In this document: in pieces, positions 26,024 to 37,739 of the stretch
Layout: the number at the start of each line of letters is the position of its first letter
Numbering within the stretch: the first letter of the stretch is position 1
Origin: Octopus sinensis
Taxonomy: Eukaryota
Assembly: GCF_006345805.1 (NCBI RefSeq)
Contig: NC_043004.1
Coordinates: 55,552,001-55,616,000, forward strand
DNA length: 64,000 nt
Direction of reading: 5' to 3'
Made by a program: the position numbers and the translations under genes
Notes under the pieces: model-generated
The model's database searches: none
Told to the model about the DNA's origin: nothing
The model's input: the letters and a program-made list of their open reading frames with translations, nothing else

Positions 26024-26224
26024 CAATGCTTTTCAAACTTTTTGCTGGAGCGGAATCCCAAGGAAACATTCCACTGGCTCGAGGAACACCTGTGCAATAA
26101 TTTAATAGTCTTATGCACACATATCTGCACAGGAGAATTAAAAATTACTGCCGATTTTGGCAGTTTTGTAACTTCTTGCGGAACACCTGGACTGTACTGG
26201 TGGAACCCTGGTTGAAAACCACTG
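26024..26224. mobile_element. hAT (Charlie-like) MITE
   Basis: Perfect 8-bp TSD CTCTATAA; TIRs CAATGCTTTTCAAAC / CAGTGGTTTTCAACC (12 of 15 match). Confidence 0.85.
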
Positions 26225-26310
26225 CTCTATAAAGTGGCTGTAATCAGGAAGAGCATCCCATGATAAGAAATATATCAAAACTGAAACACTGGGGCAAGCC
26301 TGTTTCTTTT

Positions 26311-26705
26311 TTTTACTCTTTTACTTGTTTCAGTCATTTGACTGTGGCCATGCCGGAGCACCGCCTTTAGTCGAGCAAATCGACCCCGGGACTTATTCTT
26401 TGTAAGCCCAGTACTTATTCCATCAGTCTCTTTTGCCGAACCGCTAAGTAACGGGGACGTAAACACATCAGCATCGGTTGTCAAGTAATGCTAGGGGGAC
26501 AAACACAGACACACATACATATATATATATATACATATATACGACAGGCTTCTTTCAGTTTCCGTCTACCAAATCCACTCACAAGGCATTGGTCGGCCCG
26601 GGGCTATAGCAGAAGACACTTGCCCAAGATGCCACGCAGTGGGACTGAACCCGGAACCATGTGGTTGGTTAGCAAGCTACTTACCACACAGCCACTCCTG
26701 CGCCT
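26311..26705 (-). mobile_element. SINE family A
   Basis: Full match to family A. Confidence 0.9.
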
Positions 26706-27137
26706 ATTGTTGAAATTTGTGAATTTCTATTATTATTATTATTATTTAGGGATGTTATGTAACTTACAGGAAGACTGAAATGCTTTTCATACATTCTTCC
26801 AAGGTATATAAAAGTAAACTACCCGGCAAATATTTGGTTGATTTAATCCTTTCCAAATGTGCCTGGGTGTTAGAAATAAGATGGAGGAGCATAATGTCTG
26901 GAGGTTTCGATATTAGAAATATTTTTTCTCAGTAATGAAGGGAAATAGGCTGCCAAGATTTTACATATGCTGTGTTTGCTTCAAACCTATGTACTCAATA
27001 CGAGTTGATGGTGCAATGTGTAATTTCTGATGTGGAGTATGTATATTGAACTGAAGCAAAACATTCACAAAATGTGACACAGGGTATTCTAAAGAGTGAA
27101 GAAGACTGCCACATCTCAGCATCTGAATAATGTACCT

Positions 27138-27345
27138 ATTTCTTTACTACCCACAATGGGCTAAACACAGAGAGGACAAACAAGGACAGACAAGTGGATT
27201 AAGTCGATTATATCGACTCGACCCCGAAAGGATGAAAGGCAAATTCGACCTTGGCGGAATTTGAACTCAGAACGTAACGGCAGATGAAATACAGTTACGC
27301 ATTTCGCCCGGCATGCTAACGATTCTGCCAGCTCGCCGCCTTCAG
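27138..27345 (-). mobile_element. SINE family B
   Basis: 15-bp TSD CTGAATAATGTACCT. Confidence 0.9.
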
Positions 27346-27385
27346 CTGAATAATGTACCTTAATCAAAATATACTAGCTGGAACC

Positions 27386-27765
27386 GTGGCTGTGTGGTAA
27401 GTAGCTTGCTTACCAACCACATGGTTCCGGGTTCAGTCCCACTGCGTGGCACCTTGGGCAAGTGTCTTCTACTATAGGCTTGGGCCGACCAAAGCCTTGT
27501 GAGTGGATTTGGTAGACGGAAACTGAAAGAAGCCCGTCATATATATGTATATGTGTGTGTGTGCGTGTATGTTTGTGTGTCTGTGTTTGTCCCCCTAGCA
27601 TTGCTTGACAACCGATGAGGGTGTGTTTATGTCCCCGTCACTTAGCGGTTCAGCAAAAGAGACCGATAGAATAAGTACTGGGCTTACAAAGAATAAGTCC
27701 CGGGGTCGAGTTGCTCCAGCCTGGCCGCAGTCAACTGACTGAAACAAGTAAAAGAGTAAAGAGAG
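27386..27765 (+). mobile_element. SINE family A
   Basis: Near full length. Confidence 0.9.
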
Positions 27766-29914
27766 ACACATTCACGATTTTTGTGTCTCTAATATTAGTT
27801 TGAAATTTTGGCACATGAATTTATGAATAACGTAGCAAATACACATGGCCAGAATTTCGGTGGTGAGAGTAAGTTGATTACATCGACTCCAGTACTCAAC
27901 TGTTACTTATTTTATGGACCCCGAAAGAAAGGCAAAGTCAACCTCAGCGGAATTTGAACTCAGAACGTAAAGACGGACGAAATGCCGCTAAGCATTTTGT
28001 CCAGCATGCAAAAGATTCTGCCAGTTCGCCACCTTTTCTGTGACTCTAATATCAATATGAAAACACCTGCCTAAGGTACTGCACAGTAAGACTTGAACTT
28101 GGAGAACATGAAACCTATCAAATTTATGAATAACGTAGCAAATACACAAGAAATAACAGCCAAATATACAGATAACATCCGACCACTTCAAAAAGAATGA
28201 AACAGTTGACTCTGTGTGTGTGTTTATATATATACACACACATATTTATTCGTGTATGTACACACACACACACACAAAACGCGAGGATAACAACTGGAAC
28301 GCCTTTGATCATGAATTCTGGTTTAACGAAGGCCGACCCGCGGTTAAGCAATCTGATTTAATCACTGTGATTAAACTATAGAACCGAGTAAATATTACAG
28401 AACAACATATTTTCCACTATTACCAGAATATTTTCGGCATTTTATATGAAGTTTTATTTTAATATTCTTCCTCGAGTGATCTTCCTTAATAGGATATTGC
28501 CCGACAAGAAGCTAACACCACAACAAAAATATTAAGTTTATTGGCTAGTATTTTAGAAATTATATATTTGCGATATTATTCCCCATCTTTTCATACCCAT
28601 CATTATCTTTAAATTTACTTTCCAAATTATTTCTGGCTTCCTCCAACTTCTGAAATCGTGGTTTTTATTAATTAAACACGTACATACATTCATGTATTTA
28701 CATGGGCATTCTTGGCAGTCCAGCATCTATCAATCCGTTTTCCTAAAATTTACTTATATTTATAAGTAGTCTGCTCCTATTCAAAAGCTTGGGCACTTCT
28801 TGTGATGTACTTTTTCCGAGCATGAGAGCACACAAGTGGCTTTTGAAACCCAAGAACTTTGAAATTTACATTACATCAGTGCAAATTTTTCACACACCTC
28901 AAATGGTAGAATGTCTTGTCTAATTTTCGGATATTTAAAGGCTTTTTTTTTTTTTAGACCAGCGCGGACTTAACATGTCTCAACAATATAAGCGTGTCTG
29001 CTGGAAAGATCCTTGTGTCGTTTAAGCTATCTGTATGGAGATGAGTTCTGAGATGAGAAGCCAGCCTCAGAAAGGCATCTCTTACCACTCGTTGAGCATC
29101 TGAAGAAGGACACTGTTTCTGTGTTTAGCAAGGTTTTATTTTTGCATAGTTCTGTTTTCATTTTTGCATACTTAGTATTCTTCAAAATCTTTTACCTCCC
29201 AGACCAAACGTTTTTTAAATTTAATTTTATTTTATGTAAGTTCGTAGCACCATCATTCTATCATCTTTATAAAAAGGATGCGCTGGATAAATGTATAAAT
29301 AAAATACGAGATGGTCATAGCAAGATTGTTCTTGATCATATCTTTCCTTGATCATCGTTTTGACATTAATAACAGTAACAACTTAAGTCTTTCAGTAAAG
29401 CGGCGTCAATTTAAAATGCAAACATATAGGGAATGTACAAAATAACTTGGCTATTTTGGGTGACTTTAAAAATAGGTTATTATTAGAGGCTACTGCTTGT
29501 ATTTCAAAATATCATCGTTTAGTCAACTTGTTAAGATAGCATTGTTGAAAGTAAAACATTATTAAAAACAAGTGTTTCGAAAAATAAAGTAAAACATTAA
29601 TAAAAACAAGTGTTTCGAAAAATAAACAAGATGATTATTTGAAAGTTTTCAGAAGAGGTATTTATGAATGGAAATGGATGTTCGTCCTCCGACAACAAGA
29701 GTTGTTCTACACACGCACACACATAACTTCTTAATGGTATATAAATTCAAATAAATGCAGTTTCCGAGCTGTCGTTTCATTTCATCTCCCCCGACAGCCA
29801 ATTCTACCCGCCCTCCCTGTAAGTTTCCTATTTATTTTAGGTTTTGTTTTAATTGATGTCGCTTTAATTAAAGGTTACTCATTAACGATTCACTCAAGAT
29901 AGGAGAATACTCAC

Positions 29915-30083
29915 CGAGGATGGCTAAATGGTCAAAATGTGGATTGTGAGCCCCGTTTTTGAAGTGTTCATGAAAATAATGATCATGTTCAGCGTGTTGT
30001 ACTTTTTCGGGTTCGGTTCTCACCCCCACAGTAAGAAGCAGCACGGCAAGGCCTAACATTATCAGCATTGTTATTTTCGTCAT
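29915..30083 (-). CDS. First coding exon of a CREC-family (reticulocalbin-2/calumenin-like) secreted EF-hand protein
   Basis: Translation is MTKITMLIMLGLAVLLLTVGVRT (hydrophobic signal peptide) then EPEKVQHAEHDHYFHEHFKNGAHNPHFDHLAIL-G. The HNxxFDHxAILG motif matches the conserved CREC N-terminal (Y/F)DHEA(F/I)LG motif. It ends at a consensus phase-1 donor CTCG|GTGAGT (intron starts 29914). An upstream acceptor TTTCGTTTCAG|A puts the exon start at 30166, so 30166-30084 is 5'UTR. No EF-hand exon was found in the window. Confidence 0.75.
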
Positions 30084-30367
30084 GATGAAGGCGATCTTCT
30101 TGTTGATAATCGGGTCTTCTTAATCGGAAATAATCCTCTCGGCAATGGCCAACAGAAAGAGTATTTCTGAAACGAAATAAGATGTTGGAAATTTTTTAGA
30201 TGTTGATATACTTTCATTAGTTAACGAATAGTAGTAGTTGCTGTGGTGTTTGTATGAAGTGTGCTTGTGTGAATGAATGAATCCAAGTTGGCGTGTTAAA
30301 TTATCATGTAAATAAAGACGAGGAAGTACAATTAATATAAACAAAGGAGAAACCGATTGATATATAT

Positions 30368-30461
<94 letters not shown>

Positions 30462-31369
30462 ATATATATATATATATATATATATAAGAGAGAGACGGAG
30501 AAAGAGATGGTTGGAAAAATTATTTTGTCCCGTAGTTTGAAAACAAACATCACGAAAATAGAGACGAAAGATTGCCTATACTTTTGACTATGTTACAAAT
30601 ATATATAACAGCAGCTACAATAAAATAAGTCAGCAAAGGAGTCTCTACTTTAGGGCGATCTAATTACTAGAAATAGCAGTCAAATCTACCATAAATCGTG
30701 CTCTGTCTTTTTAGAAAAGAAAGACGTTAATAAATATAGTCTAAGTATACGGCATCGAGAAGAAGAAGCAGAATGAATGGTTGTGGATGAAGTGCCTTTG
30801 ATCATAGGTCAGTATCGAGTTCGAAAAAAAATACTAAGGGAAACATACTGGAAATAGTAGCTAAATAATAGTAGCTAAATCTCCTCTAGGTAACATGCTG
30901 TTTCAAAAACTTAGGACACATTGGACATTATATGTTTTTATGTATACATACAAATATATTTGGCAATGTTTCGTTCATACGCAATGATTAAGACCGAGAC
31001 ACCTTTGATTTCATAAATCTGGATCAACCGGAGCTGATTACAAGGTTAAACAAAACAATTAATAATAATAATAATGATAAATAGAATGGACAAGATGTGC
31101 TTAAGGATGGTAGAATGTTTTTCACCATAAATCTAAGTGGCTTATTAAATAACTATACAGCAAGCAGAACAGAGATATACTGAAGCATTCACCAGTTGTA
31201 TTGTAATATCAATTAAATAATAATTACCTTAAATGAATATGTCTATTGAACAGCAGCAACTGCGATTAATTGATAAGAATGAAAAATGACAACTTGAATA
31301 TATATATATATATAGATAGATAGAGAGAGCGATCAATTAAACATGAACAAATTAATAAACACCCAAAAC

Positions 31370-31560
31370 TGTGTAATCGACGCCCGGCGCGGCGGCGTGG
31401 TTTATGATGCTTCTGAGTGTGTGTGTGTGTGTGTATAAGTGTAGAGGGTTTTGTCCAATCAGACTCGACCACGACAACCCAGGCACCGGCAGCAATAATT
31501 TACTTGCGCCAGTGACAGCCTCTGCTAGAAAATGCAGTTAAATTACCGTCAAAAAACACT
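31370..31560 (-). promoter_or_regulatory. Candidate promoter/TSS region of the CREC gene
   Basis: Local GC/CpG-rich patch (CGCCCGGCGCGGCGGCG at 31381), a CCAATC box near 31455, and a possible donor AAG|GTAATT at 31228/31227 for a non-coding first exon. Inference only. Confidence 0.3.
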
Positions 31561-31733
31561 CTACAGTGTAAATGCGAACACAGACATGAGTAAAGATACT
31601 ATTCAGATAATAAAATGAGAAGGCGACGGTTTTTATCAGAACGACCTAGGGCTAGACAAGGACAATTCAGACGAAATGCTTTGTTGACATATTTCTCAAT
31701 TTAAAACTAATCATTATAACGTGAATGTAACGA

Positions 31734-32135
31734 AGGCGGCGAGCTGGCAGAGACGTTAGCACCTCGGGCGAAAGGCTTAGTGGTATTTCGCCTGTCCTTA
31801 TGTTCTGAGTTCAAATTCCGCCGAGGTCGACTTTGCCTTTTATCCTTTCGGGGTCGATAAATTAAGTACCAGTTACGCACTGGGGTCGATGTAATCGACT
31901 TAATACCTATGTCTGTTCTTGTTTGTCTCCTCTGTGTTTAGCCCCTTGTGGGTAATAAAGAAATAGGTATTTCGTCTGCCGTTACGTTCTGAGTTCAAAT
32001 TCCGCCGAGGTCGACTTTGCTTTTCATCCTTTAAAGATCGATAAATTAAGTACCAGTCAAGTACTACTGTCGATATAATCGACTATCTCCCTCCCCACTA
32101 ATTCCAGGCCTTGTGTCTATTGTAGAAAGGATTAT
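31734..32135 (+). mobile_element. SINE family B followed by a tandem partial copy
   Basis: The full unit ends AAAGAAATAGGT and runs straight into internal ATTTCGTCTGCC of a second unit that has a different 3' end. Confidence 0.85.
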
Positions 32136-32250
32136 AACTTCATTGTAATGAGTTACAAATAATTTAATTCTGTTTGTGTGAGTGAATGTCGCTTTCGCAT
32201 TTTATTATCCACAGTATCTTCTCTTATGCACACACACACACACATAATAA

Positions 32251-32302
32251 CTGATGAGATGCCGGAGGAGCCGTCATCCCCGGTATCCGCAACTCTGAGT
32301 TT
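32251..32302 (+). ncRNA. Hammerhead-ribozyme-like motif truncated by the gap
   Basis: CTGATGA, 8-bp stem GATGCCGG/CCGGTATC, CGCAAC (GAAAC expected), self-complementary AACTCTGAGTT. Confidence 0.4.
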
Positions 32303-32402
32303 NNNNNNNNNNNNNNNNNNNNNNNNNNNNNNNNNNNNNNNNNNNNNNNNNNNNNNNNNNNNNNNNNNNNNNNNNNNNNNNNNNNNNNNNNNNNNNNNNN
32401 NN
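32303..32402. other. Scaffold gap (100 N)
   Basis: Run of N. Confidence 1.
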
Positions 32403-32700
32403 ACAGCTGTTTCAGTTATTCCTGTGTAATACTATCTAATATATTTTGCTCAGTTCATGCATTATAGCCTATTTCACAGTATATGTAGTATTGTGCATGG
32501 ATGGATATGTATTTTACGTGTGATATTAAGAATATAACGCAGTAAACGATACTTCTTATGGAACTGTAAACATTTTTAGCGTAGATTTGAGTCATCAAAA
32601 AAAAAAAATTATGGGTTACACTGGCGTCTCTCATAGTTGCTGATCCTAGCATATGGTCAGTGTATTTTTGTAAAAAAAAATGTTAACGGGTTTAATACCA

Positions 32701-33085
32701 AGCTTGCTTACCAATCACATGGTTCCGGGTTCAGTCCCACTGCGTGGCACCTTGGGCAAGTGTCTTCTACTATAGCCTCAGACCGACCAAAGCCTTGTGA
32801 GTAGATTTGGTAGACGGAAACTGAAAGAAGCCCGTCGTATATATGTATATATATATATATGTGTGCGTGTATGTTTGTGTGTCTGTGTTTGTCCCCTCTA
32901 GCATTGCTTGACAACCGATGCTGGTGTGTTTATGTCCCCGTTACATAGCGGTTCGGCAAAAGAGACCGATAGAATAAGTACTGGGCTTACAAAGAATAAG
33001 TCCCGGGGTCGAGTTGCTCGATTAAAGGCGGTGCTCCAGCATGGCCACAGTCAAATGACTGAAACAAGTAAAAGAGTAAAAGAGT
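32701..33085 (+). mobile_element. SINE family A, 5'-clipped
   Basis: Family match from AGCTTGCTTACC to the tail. Confidence 0.9.
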
Positions 33086-33769
33086 ATAAGTGCAGGAAAA
33101 CCATTTCCTTGAAATATTCCCCTTGAAACATTTATAACATCATAGACTCATAGTTTTACTGTCAGTCGTGTGAGGATTGTTAGCTAGGTCTTTGTGAGCC
33201 CCTCAATGGCAACACCTAAAGTAGCAGGTATGTTTGCCAAGTGAAAAAAATACATACTTCAGCAACCATGAGTGAGGAATAGGGTTGAATGTTTTCCTAT
33301 AATCAAGCCATACTCTCACAAGGTTTCTGTTGTGTTTTCTTACAACAGAAACCTTGTGGCCCACCATTGTACATCAAAGTTTGTTCGGCACTTTACCTAC
33401 ATCCCTTCTTTCCACCGATCTCCTTATTGATCACTATGCTGTTGGATTCGCAATGATCCTGGAGGATTTGGCTGAAACAGCTTGTATAGAGCTAGTACAT
33501 AATATTTAGGCAATCAATGAACCAATAGTTTTGTGACAACTCGAAGGTTCAGTTCTTTGGTATATAATGCGTCTTTCCGGTTACAGCAAACCAATTTGGT
33601 ATGCCATTCTAGTCTTCCATTGTTCTTTTGAATATACGTGTTCATAACTTTCTGTAAAAGGTTAGCTTCTTCAACTATTTGGTTTCTTCCACGTGTCTTC
33701 CAATTATGTACTTTGCCTGTAGCTATGGTCAGTAGGGTCGATTGTGTATATTTTACTGTTGGTGTTGGT

Positions 33770-33913
33770 ACTCTTTTACTCTTTTACTTGTCTCAGTCAT
33801 TTGACTGCGGCCATGCTGGAGCACCGCCTTTAATCGAGCAACTCGACCCCGGGACTTGTTCTTTTGTAAGCCCAGTACTTATTCTATCGGTCTCTTTTGC
33901 CGAACCGCTAAGT
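33770..33913 (-). mobile_element. SINE family A right-arm fragment
   Basis: Tail to GAACCGCTAAGT. Confidence 0.85.
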
Positions 33914-34179
33914 ACAATATCCTTTCCTAAATCTCTCTTTCCGTTAGAGACCTTAGACCAGAAAGTGTATGTGTGTGTGTGTGTGCGTACAGGTATATGC
34001 TGCGCATGTAGGCATGAATATATATCTGTGCATATATATTTATGTACATGTGTTGGTTATGATGTTTGCATATAGGCAAGTGCGTATACATAACATATGT
34101 CTCTATATGTGGGTATGGTTTTATAGTTCAGCTGTGATTATGTATGTCTTTGTATTGGTGTTTGTATGTAAGCTGATGT

Positions 34180-34450
34180 ACTCTTTTACTCTTTTACTTG
34201 TTTCAGTCATTTGACTGCGGCCAGCAGGAGCACCGCCTTTAGTCGAGCCAAATCGACCCGGGACTTATTCTTTGTAAGCCCAGTTACTTATTCTATCGGT
34301 CCCTTTGTGCCGAAACGCTAAGTGACGGGACAGTAAAAACACCACCAGTATCGGTTGTTCAAGCAATGCTAGGGGGACAAACACAGACACCAAACATACA
34401 CACACCCACACACACACACCACCACACACCACACACACAAACACCCACAC

Positions 34451-34487
<37 letters not shown>

Positions 34488-35358
34488 ATATAGATATATA
34501 TATATAGGAGATAAATAAAAATATATGCATACATACAAACATATATGTACGTACCTACATCTACATGTATATATACATGCATATATAAATAATATACGGG
34601 GAGTACAGGACATCACAATAAGACGTAGAAACGGAAAAAGCCAAAAAACAAAAAACAAGGAAAACCGGAAAAACGAAAAAACAAGAAAACGAAAAAAAAA
34701 CAAATTACAGGACGAGCTACACAAGGACAAAACCCCCGTCATCAGCTGTCGCTAGGAGGAGTCAGGCATGTTTCGAAGGCATAACAGAACACTAATCCAA
34801 TAGGCCTTCCTGCGAGAGAATTAAAATAAAATTTCAAGCAGCGGGGCCAAATGAGTACGAACACAAGACTGCAAAAATTAAAATACATGTACAAAAACAA
34901 AACAAGAGGACGAACGAAAAAAAGCCTTTTTTCTGGCATAGACAAACGAAAAACTGCAAAAAAATAAAAATACATGTACAAAAAGTACAATTAGTTACAA
35001 AACGAGAAAATAACAGGAATACTATACAGGAAATCAACACACAAGGGGACGAACGAAGAAGCCTTTTGCTGGCAAGGACGAACGAAAGTGTAGTAGCAGC
35101 GCGTGGAGGCAGTCTTTCAATAGTGGGAACCACGTGTAACCACTTTATAGGCAAGGAAGAGATATATATATACACACACATATATATATACATACATATA
35201 TACGACAGGCTTCTTCAGTTTCCGTCTACCAAATCCACTCACAAGGCATTGGTCGGCCCGGGGCTATAGCAGAAGACACTTGCCCAAGATGCCACGCAGG
35301 GGACTGAATCCGGAACCATGTGGTTGGTTAGCAAGCTACTTACCACGCTGCCACTCCT
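34180..35358 (-). mobile_element. SINE family A, indel-rich, with a ~650-bp insert in its linker
   Basis: Both arms are recognisable; the insert includes a garbled P3 copy (34500-34760). Confidence 0.75.
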
Positions 35359-35862
35359 TGAAGATAGACGAGTATTTTTACCTTCCCTATTCATTCAGAG
35401 AGTTAATATTCAATGCAACTAAACAGAAAGAGCTGTATTTTTTCCTGTGAATGTATATTTGTATCTATTCAGTTACTTTAGATGCATTTACGTTTTATGA
35501 ACTTTTGTTTCTTCTCCCAACCACTACTGCACGACCTATTTATTCGAAGTTTTCACTTTGTTGCTTTTTGCTTTTGTTTGAAACAAAAGCATTGTCTACC
35601 TTCCCTCTCCATTTCAAAACTTCCCATCCTTTTGTCGTCTCGCACATTGACGTTTGTCCTTGAAATACTATCACTTTCTCTGGCCATTAATCTCTCGTCT
35701 TCCATTTTACCCACCTTTTACATCAACTTCAATTTCTTCTTCGTTTTATTTGCCTCCAATATGAGCGACAACACCGCTGTTTTCTCCGACGAAGAACAAA
35801 GCCTGAAAACGGTGGTTGCCACTTCCTCTGCAGAGCTGCCGTCTTGAAGAGCCTATCGGCTA

Positions 35863-36253
35863 TCTTTATATATAAAAGTGAAGTTGTGTGCTGTCTGTTT
35901 CCTACGATTTAGATTCCTAACTACGCCCACATTTTGCGGTGCAGTTTAACCAAAACCGGGTATCTTATAGTCGTGATTCATATCGAGCCTTCTGGGTATT
36001 AGCGCGCGTCTACGATGAGTCTACGATTTAAAAAAAAATTACCATTTTTTTTCATTTTAATGCATTTTTTTCGCTATTATATAAGGGAAGTAACTCTCTA
36101 AAAATGGTACGATGAGTCAACGATTAAAAAAAATTACCATAATTTTTTTTCCATTTTTAATGCATTTTTTTGCTATTTTTTGGCTATAACTCTAAAAATG
36201 CTTATATAGTTATTTCCCTTACAAACCGGAGCAACGCCGGGCGATACTGCTAG
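35863..36253 (+). mobile_element. Non-autonomous Helitron family 1
   Basis: A|TC start, GGAGCAACGCCGG hairpin, CTAG|T end; two internal ~100-bp units. Confidence 0.9.
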
Positions 36254-36653
36254 TATATTATATGTCTCAGCGGGTCAGTGAAAAACTGAATTGCTCATGC
36301 AATTTTTCACTTACCTTTTTGTAGTTTATAGGCATGGAGCTATTTCCTTGAAGCTATGTTCCTATTTTGTGATTTACGGAACTACTTTTTTAAAATTAAA
36401 TCTATAGAAATCTTAAGGTTTTTTTTTGGTTTTTGCTTTCTACATCATCAATTTCCTTTCCGGTTCTTCCCATTTCATGAGAATATTTTATTTCATACCT
36501 GATTTCTAAGAATGTTCTTTTTAGTTATTATCTTTCTACTCATTTTAATGATTTATCCAATTATGTGATGTCAGACTGTTGTTCATTGTATCTTCAGGAT
36601 TTTCCTGCCCTAGTGAAAGGTGGCTATTTTTTCTTGAATAATCTTAATGCATA

Positions 36654-37053
36654 GCAGGAGTGGCTGTGTGGTAAATAGCTTGCTAACCAACCACATGGTT
36701 CCGGGTTCAGTCCCACTGCGTGGCATCTTGGGCAAGTGTGTTCTGCTATAGCCCCGGGCCGACCAATGCCTTGTGAGCGGATTTGGTAGACGGAAACTGA
36801 AAGAAGCCTGTCGTATATATGTATATATATATGTATGTGTGTGTTTATGTGTCTGTGTTTGTCCCCCTAGCATTGCTTGACAACCGATGCTGGTGTGTTT
36901 ATGTCCCCGCCACTTAGCGGTTCGGCAAAATAGACCGATAGAATGAGTACTGGGCTTACAAAGAATAAGTCCCGGGGTCGATTTGCTCGACTAAAGGCGG
37001 TGCTCCAGCATGGCCGCAGTCAAATGACTGAAACAAGTAAATGAGTAAAAAGA
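36654..37053 (+). mobile_element. SINE family A
   Basis: Full match to family A. Confidence 0.9.
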
Positions 37054-37152
37054 GCAAAGAGAGAGTATAGCAGACATTCCCATATGCCTAATTAATTCTT
37101 TATTTAGTATAGAACCAATTAAACTATAAACTGTGAAATACAAACGCATCTG

Positions 37153-37187
<35 letters not shown>

Positions 37188-37616
37188 ACGCACACACACA
37201 AACACACACAAACACACACAACGCACGCACACACACGCACACACATAATACATATAAATCTAATTATTATACTTTGAACGACAGATATATAGTTGAACAG
37301 TTGAAAATCTGAAAATTGCACCGTTAGTTTCGTGAAATCTTCTTCACAGAAATATACCAGAAGCAGATGAAAACGTCCTGCAGCGGTGGTGGCATTGCTA
37401 AAAAATACATGTTTCAGCCTCTTTGAGCGTCATCATTTACATGTATCCATTAATAAATCGCATGTTAACGCAAATTTTGTTTCTGATGATATAGATAATG
37501 TGTCGCAATTAGCCTGTAGGCTGAGGAGAAATTCGTTGTAAGCGACGTAAGACAGTATTGGTTCAAACCGGCCAACAGGTTTAGGGTCTGATGATACGCT
37601 GTAAAGCTAAGAGAGG

Positions 37617-37661
<45 letters not shown>

Positions 37662-37680
37662 GATATATATATATATATAT

Positions 37681-37738
<58 letters not shown>

Positions 37739-37739
37739 G

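Noticed and set aside
28580-28650. Possible minus-strand exon KLEEARNNLESKFKDNDG
   Set aside because: Wrong phase for the phase-1 donor (stop in the required frame) and a weak polypyrimidine tract.
29551-29626. 38-bp direct tandem duplication
   Set aside because: Ordinary slippage duplication in an intron; nothing suggests function.
33480-33765. Open minus-strand frame (TIATGKVHNWKTRG...LYTKELNL)
   Set aside because: No start or splice support and only vague LINE-like resemblance; cannot be assigned without a search.
35775-35815. CCGACGAAGAAC..GAAAACGG as a fourth P1-type hammerhead
   Set aside because: Stem II does not pair and the flanks do not match family P1.
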